A DNA stretch of 64,000 nt from an uncultured Gemmatimonadales bacterium (GTDB lineage Bacteria; Gemmatimonadota; Gemmatimonadetes; Gemmatimonadales; Gemmatimonadaceae), in the NCBI GenBank assembly GCA_963851265.1, contig CAWKNZ010000002.1:800001-864000 (forward strand). The letters are read 5' to 3'. The translations under genes were made by a program, and so were the position numbers. Positions within the stretch are counted from its first letter, which is position 1, and each line of letters starts with the position of its first letter. Positions 55,142-64,000 of the stretch are shown piece by piece. A model generated the notes under the pieces. It ran no database searches. It was given only the letters and a program-made list of their open reading frames with translations, and was not told the origin of the DNA.

Positions 55142-55253
55142 CCCCGTTATCTTATCGGGGTGTGACGATTGGGCGTGCGCGCCCCACGTCGCCCGTCACG
55201 CGCGAGCGCGCGGGGCGGCACACCCGTTCTCCCGACACCCCACGCCCCACCGT

Positions 55254-55475
55254 ATGGCAAAGCAAGACGCGATCGAGCTCGAAGGCACCGTGGCCGAAGT
55301 GCTGCCCAACGCCACCTTCCGGGTCGAGACCAAGGCCGGTCACCAGGTGCTCGCGACGCTCGCCGGCAACATGCGCCGGTTCCGCATCCGCGTCCTGCAG
55401 GGCGACCGCGTGACGCTCGAGGTCTCGCCGTACGACCTCACCCGCGGACGCATCACGTTCCGTCACAAGGTCTGA
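55254..55475 (+). CDS. infA: Translation initiation factor IF-1
   Basis: [24 protein letters not shown]...[26 protein letters not shown]. Confidence 0.96.
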   Translation: MAKQDAIELEGTVAEVLPNATFRVETKAGHQVLATLAGNMRRFRIRVLQGDRVTLEVSPYDLTRGRITFRHKV

Positions 55476-55617
55476 CCGACCGCTCCCGGCGGTCCCGACG
55501 TCCATCGTGCCCGGCGGCCACACGGCTGCCGGGCACGATCCGTGTACGGAAGCCGCCTTCGGTCCGGCGCGCCGCACGCCTCGCCGCCGGCCGGCACACC
55601 ACACACGGGAGACAGTA

Positions 55618-55962
55618 ATGGCAGACACCACGATCACGAAGATCGATTCGCGCCACTCGCCGCACGGCGCGATGGGGCAGAAGTACCTCGCGACGGGCAA
55701 GCGCCTCGGCATGCGGCTCTGGGAGAACGAGGAGCCCTCGGAGCCGAAGCCCCCCGCGGCCCGCGCGTACGAGACGATCGGCTACGTGGTCTCGGGTCGC
55801 GCCGAGCTGCACTCCGAGGGGCAGGTCGTGATCCTGGAACCCGGAAACTCGTGGGTCGTGCCCGAGGGCGCGTCACACACGTACAAGATTCTCGAGCCGT
55901 TCACGGCCGTCGAGGTGACGGCGCCCCCCGCGCAGGCGCACGGCCGCGACGAGCCGGCCTAA
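55618..55962 (+). CDS. Cupin domain protein
   Basis: GQKYLA, MRLWE, YETIGYVVSGRAEL, PGNSWVVPEGASHTY; GGGAG SD. Confidence 0.85.
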   Translation: MADTTITKIDSRHSPHGAMGQKYLATGKRLGMRLWENEEPSEPKPPAARAYETIGYVVSGRAELHSEGQVVILEPGNSWVVPEGASHTYKILEPFTAVEVTAPPAQAHGRDEPA

Positions 55963-56002
55963 CGGTCGGCCGGGCGCGGCCCGCTCGGGCGGCCGGCGTC
56001 GC

Positions 56003-56749
56003 TCAGCGCCGGATCAGGCGGCGGAGCCGCGCGGCGAGGCCGCCGGTCGCCCGTTCGCGGTCGCCACTCTGGGCGAGCGCTACGGCCGCATCGACCGCCG
56101 CGATGCGCGCGCCCGGGGCGGGCGCATCGTGCGTCGGCGCGTCGCCGGGGACGGCGGTGTCGGACGCTGGCGCGTGCTCCGCGGGTACGTCCGACGCCAT
56201 GGCGTCCTGGCCGGCTGCGTCGGTCGTGCCGGTGGTGTCGAGCCAGCGGAGGCCGCCCGCGAGTTGCTCGAGCGCCGGGTCCACGGACGTCGCCGCGGTG
56301 GGGTTCGCGGGGTGCTCGGGCGCGCCGAGTGCCGCGTCGAGGTCGGCGATCGCGGCGACGAGGTCGGCGGGGAGTTCGGGTAGGTCGCGAACCCCGGCGC
56401 GCACGCGGGCGAGCGCAGCGTGTGCGCCGTCGAGGTCGCCCGCCGCGACGCGCACGGTCGCGAGATCGCTCCACGCGCGAACCGCGACGATCGGTCCCGC
56501 GACGCCGGCGGCGACGAGCCCGTCCCGCATCCCGGCCGAGCGCTCGAACGCCGCGCTCGCTTCGGCCCACGCGCCTGCGACGGCGTGCGCGTGGCCGTCT
56601 CGGGTCGCCGCGAGGGCAGCCGCGACCTCGGCGGCCATGCCGTCACCCGGCTCGACCGTCGGTGCGAAGTCGAGGGCGAGGTCCGCCGTCGAGACCGCGT
56701 CGGCGGCGAGACCGTCGACGTCGGGGAGGAACAGGAGAGAGTCGATCAT
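56003..56749 (-). CDS. Hypothetical Ala-rich helical (TPR-like) protein
   Basis: GAWAEASAAFERS and GDLDGAHAALAR are TPR-like helices; weak support. Confidence 0.5.
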   Translation of the reverse strand: MIDSLLFLPDVDGLAADAVSTADLALDFAPTVEPGDGMAAEVAAALAATRDGHAHAVAGAWAEASAAFERSAGMRDGLVAAGVAGPIVAVRAWSDLATVRVAAGDLDGAHAALARVRAGVRDLPELPADLVAAIADLDAALGAPEHPANPTAATSVDPALEQLAGGLRWLDTTGTTDAAGQDAMASDVPAEHAPASDTAVPGDAPTHDAPAPGARIAAVDAAVALAQSGDRERATGGLAARLRRLIRR

Positions 56750-56980
56750 CGGGGTTGGCTCGTTGTGGGCAGGACGCCACACCTCGCCCGGACGTCACCC
56801 TCGATCGACACTCCCGATCGTGCGGTGCGGCCCCGCCGAGCGCGCGGTACGCCCCCGGGGCGGCGGGCGCAAGCGGTTGATGCCGCGGGCGCGCGTGCGC
56901 ATCGTACGCCCCCGCCCGCAGCCCGCGGCCGTGTTGCCCGGCGCTCCCGCCGGTGACACGCCCGGGCGATCCCGCCGTGC

Positions 56981-59350
<2,370 letters not shown>

Positions 59351-59367
59351 CGCGTCCGACGCGACGA

Positions 59368-59438
59368 TCGACCCCCGCGTTCGCGGGGGTGACTGCACGA
59401 CGTCCGTTCCCGGTCATCCCCGCGCACGCGGGGATCCA
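59368..59438. repeat. REP-like inverted pair of 26-nt palindromic units
   Basis: TCGACCCCCGCGTTCGCGGGGGTGAC (59368-59393) and GTCATCCCCGCGCACGCGGGGATCCA (59413-59438), between convergent genes. Confidence 0.75.
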
Positions 59439-59460
59439 CCCGTCCTCGGGCTGACTCGCG

Positions 59461-62039
59461 TTACGACTCGCGCAGCGCCGCGGCCGGCGTCCCGCGGTAC
59501 GCGTCGCGCCCCGTCAGCAGGCCGATCGCCACCGTCACCGCCGTGAGGATCGCCGCCACGCCTAACGCCGAGCCGTAGTCCGGCCGGAACGGCTGGTGAA
59601 AGATCCACCGCGCCAGCCCCCACGCCCCCGCGAACGACAGCAGCATCCCCGCGAGGGCGCCGAGGACGCCGAGCGTCGCGTATTCGGCGAGCAGGATGCG
59701 CGTGATCTGGCCGCGGGTCGCGCCGAGCGTCTTGAGGAGCACCGCGTCGCGGACGCGCTCGCGCCGCGTCGCGGCCACGGCACTGAACAGCACCGGTATG
59801 CCCATCGCGAGGCAGAACGCGCCGAGGAAGCGGATGGCGGTCCCGACGCGGTCGACGATGCGCCCGACGGTGCGCTGCACGAGCGACAGGTCGATGCTCG
59901 ACACGTTGGGGTAGCGCGCGACCACGTCGCGCTGCAGCCGCGCGATGGCGTCGTCGGTCGGCACGTTCGTCAGCAGTACGAACTGCTTGGGTGCGCCGCG
60001 GAGCGCGGCGGGCTGAAAGACGGCGAAGAAGTTGGGCTCGAACCGCGCCCAGCTCACGTCGCGCAGGCTCGTGAGGCGCGTGCGCACGGGCACGCCCGAC
60101 ACGTCCCAGGTCAGCGTGTCGCCGAGCTTCGCACCGAGGTCGCGCGCGAGGCTCGTCTCGAGGCTCACCTCGGGGACGGCCTCGTTCGTGCCGTCGCCCT
60201 GAAAGAAGCGTCCCGCCGTCACCCGCTCGGCGCTCCCGAGTGCGGTGCGGTAGGTCGACCGATACTCGCGGCGTAAGGTCCACGGCGCGCGCGCGCGGCG
60301 CCCGGTCCCGCTGTCGGCGAGGAGCTGCGCGGTCGTGCGCCCGTTGATGGCCGCCACGCGCATCGTGACGATCGGCGTCAGGCCGCCCGGCGTCGTGTAG
60401 CCGCGCGCGCGCACGATCGAGTCGAGCGCGGGCGCCTGGTCCTCCTGGACGTCGAAGAAGAGCACGTTGGCCCGCGCCGCCGCCGACCGCGCGTCGAGGT
60501 CACGCAGCAGGTTGGAGCGCACCAGGTACACGGTCGATACGAGGAACGCGCCGAAGCCCAGGGCGAGCGTCACGGCCCGCGTCTGGCTCCCCGGGCGGTA
60601 CAGATTCGCGACGCCCTGACGCACGACGTACGGCCACCCGGCGCGGATCACGCGACGCGCGATCCAGACCACGGCGGCGGCGCTGAGCCAGAGCACGACG
60701 AGCGCGCCGGCGATGGCGGCGGTGACGCCGACGCCGTTGCGTCGGCTGCCCGTGCGCGCGACCGCGAGGGCGAGCACGCTCGCGATGATCGCGACGTCGA
60801 CGAGCCGCGCGGCCCAGTCGATCGCGAAGCGGCCGCGATGCTTGGGGCGGAGCGCGGCCGAGTCCACGTCCCGCCGGATCGCTTGCAGCGGGCTCACGTT
60901 TCGGAGGGCGAGCAGGGGGCGGAGGGCGAAGACCATCGCCACCCAGACGCCGACCAGCAGCCCGGAGCCGATCGCGCGCCACTCCGGGCGCACGACGACG
61001 TCGACGGGGAGGAAGTCGGCGAGCGCGCGCGGCAGCCCGAACTGCAGGAGTAACCCGAGCAGGACGCCGGCCGCTGCGCCGGCGAAGCCCATGATCGCGG
61101 CCTGCGCCACGTAGACCGCGAGGATCTGTCCGCTCGACGCGCCGAGGCAGCGCAGGACGGCGACCGTGTCGAGCTTGCGCGCGACGAACGCGCCCACGCC
61201 GCTCGCCACGCCCACGCCGCCCAGCAACAGGGCGATCAGCCCGACGATCGACAGGAAGTCGCTGAGGCGGTCGACGGCCTCGGTCAAACCGCGCTCGGTG
61301 TCGATCACGGTGCGCGCGCGCACGCCCGCGCGGTCGAGCGTCGCGCGGTTGGCGCGCACCCACCCCGCGGGGTCGACGCGCGCGGGCAGCTTCACCACCG
61401 CCGAGTACTCTGCCCGGCTGCCGAAAACGAGCAGCTGCGTTTCGGCCAGGTAGCGGGCCGGGATGTAGACGCGCGGCCCGAGCACCGCCGAGATCCCCGC
61501 GTCGCCCGGGACGTTGACCAGCATCCCGTCGATCGCGAACCGCCCGAGGCCGAGCGTGAGCGTGTCGCCGACGCGCGCGTCGAGCGCGATGAGGAGAGAG
61601 CGGTCGACGAGCGCGTGCGGCGCGGAGCCTAACGCGGCCCAGCGCCCCGCGGGCTCGGTGGTCACCGTGCCGTAGTAGGGGTAGCCCGGCTCGACGGCAC
61701 GCACCTGGACGAGCCGGGTGTTGCCCGTGCGCGGCGCGACGGCCATCGACGCGAATTGCGTGTTGCGCGCGACCGGTGCGCCCGCGCGCGCGAGCGAGTC
61801 GAGCAGCGCCTGCGCCGGCTTCGTCCAGGGTCCGCGGGACGTCAGCTGCAGATCGCCGCCGACGAGCGAGCGCGACTGTTCGCGCACGGAGCGCCCGACG
61901 TTTCCGGCGAACGAGTCGATCGCGACGAGCGCGGCGACGCCGAGCGCGATGGACGACATGTAGAGGAGGAGGCGGCGGCGCGCGGTGCGGCTCTCGCGCC
62001 ACGCGAGGCGGAGCAGGCTCCGGCCGAAGAAGCGCGCCA

Positions 62040-62040
<1 letters not shown>
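59461..62040 (-). CDS. ABC transporter permease, FtsX/YbbP-like
   Basis: LAWRESR, GGDL, YPYYG, AVLRCLGAS, FFDVQ, WARFEPNFF, LKTLGAT; two-repeat permease. Confidence 0.9.
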
Positions 62041-62724
<684 letters not shown>

Positions 62725-62726
<2 letters not shown>

Positions 62727-63513
62727 GCGGGCAGCGGAGAAGGGCAGGGCGGAGAACGGGAGTGCGGTCGCGGCGATCGGCGCCGTGGGGGCCGCGATGG
62801 CCATCGCCGCGGCCGCGTGCGCGCGGACCCCGGCGGCTGATACCCCCGAGCGCGGCACTTCGCCCGAGACGTCGACCGCGACGGGCGCGTCGCTCCCGGC
62901 GGCACCGGCCGCCGCCGCGGGCGGCGCGGCGCGGGTCGGTGGTCGTCCGCGGGTCGTGTTCATTGGCACGAGTCTGACGGCCGGGCTCGGGCTCGATCCG
63001 GACAGCGCGTACCCGGCGGTGGTCGGCCGTCGAGCGGCGGCCGCCGGCACACCCGTCGACGTGGTGAACGCGGGTGTGAGCGGCGAGACGAGCGCGGGCG
63101 CGCTCCGGCGCGTGGACTGGGTCCTGCGCGAGCCGGCCGACGTCGTGGTGGTCGAGACGGGCGCGAACGACGGCCTCCGCGGGCAGAGCGTGGACTCGCT
63201 GCGCGCGAACCTCGACGCGATCCTCGCGCGCGTTAGGCATGATCAGCCGCGCGCGCGCGTCGCGCTCGTTCAGATGGAGGCGCCGCGGAACTTCGGCGCG
63301 AAGTATACGGCCGGCTTTCACGCCGCGTTCCCGACGGCGGCACGGACCGCGGGGGTGACTCTCTTTCCGTTCCTGCTCGACGGTGTGGCCGGGGTGCCGC
63401 GGCTCAACCAGGTCGACGGCGTGCACCCGACGGCGGAGGGGGCGCGGATCGTCGGCGAGCACGTGTGGCGGTCGCTGCAGCCGCTCCTCACGGCGCAGAC
63501 GGCGGCTCGCTAG
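62725..63513 (+). CDS. SGNH/GDSL arylesterase (TesA-like) lipoprotein
   Basis: FIGTSLTAG, NAGVSGETSAG, ETGANDGLRG, NQVDGVHPT; lipobox IAAAAC. Start ATG 62725 or 62798. Confidence 0.88.
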
Positions 63514-63690
63514 CAGGCCCGGAGAGGGCCGGCAGGGGGCCCGTAGCGGGGTGCGTCTCGGCTTGCCGGGGCCGCCGCCATCCGGCAATTTGTGAGGCTG
63601 GACGCACTTCGGCCCAATTCCCTCGGGGCCGGCGCGTGCGGCGCGGGGAGCGCCGGCGTCGGTTTCACCGCTCTTTACCGCGAGTCATAC

Positions 63691-64000
63691 ATGGCAGTAC
63701 CGGCCACACAGATCCGCCGCGGCATGGTCATCGTCTTCGAAGGCGATCCCTGCCGCGTGATCGAGTTCCGCCACCACACCCCGGGCAACCTGCGGGCGAT
63801 GGTGCAGACCAAGATGAAGAATCTCAGGAGCGGTGCGAACTTCGAGCACCGGTTCCGCGCCGCCGACGCGATCGAGAAGGCGGACATGGAGACGCACGAG
63901 CTGGAGTTCCTGTACCAGGGTGGGGACACGTACCACTTCATGAACTCGGAGAACTACGACCAGCTCGAGCTCGACGCCGAGACGCTCGGCGACAACGCGC
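63691..64000 (+). CDS. efp: Elongation factor P (partial; runs off the window end)
   Basis: Hand translation: [48 protein letters not shown]...[23 protein letters not shown]. Confidence 0.95.
   Translation, partial: MAVPATQIRRGMVIVFEGDPCRVIEFRHHTPGNLRAMVQTKMKNLRSGANFEHRFRAADAIEKADMETHELEFLYQGGDTYHFMNSENYDQLELDAETLGDNA

Noticed and set aside
59368..59438. CRISPR array
   Set aside because: Only two units, inverted rather than direct, a 19-nt gap, and no cas genes.

Overview
Core-genome window from a very GC-rich bacterium (about 70-75% GC by eye). The 16S sequence and gene content suggest Gemmatimonadota; this is inference, not a search result. Left part: 5' end of lepA, a DUF4384-like lipoprotein, DUF58 and BatA/vWA genes, an mfd-PPIase-PPIase-pdxA-CDF operon, pilT, typA and a 99-aa hyper-acidic protein. 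Next is a stand-alone 16S rRNA gene with its own promoter, processing stem and terminator but no 23S/5S, then a kinase-RCC1/FHA pair and a separately promoted tRNA-Ile(GAT). These are followed by a DUF2156 gene, a deoxyhypusine-synthase-like gene, a LysM protein, a Rad52-family annealase and a peptide-binding protein. The middle is a ~21 kb aromatic catabolism region: paaABCD, fused 2-oxoacid dehydrogenase E1, frameshifted paaG, paaH/I/J/Y/Z, hppD, tRNA-Asn, hmgA, an aminotransferase and a flavin amine oxidase, with no paaE or paaK visible. Right part: GHL10 hydrolase, apaG, infA, cupin, tex, a ybbP-ybbA-tesA-like module and the 5' part of efp with an Asn at the loop tip. The most striking unexplained signal is (C)GTTAGGC. 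It occurs 20 times on both strands and in several reading frames, repeatedly forcing rare codons (TTA, AGG), which suggests a DNA-level signal such as an uptake, Chi-like or protein-binding motif. No prophage, IS element or CRISPR-Cas system was seen.
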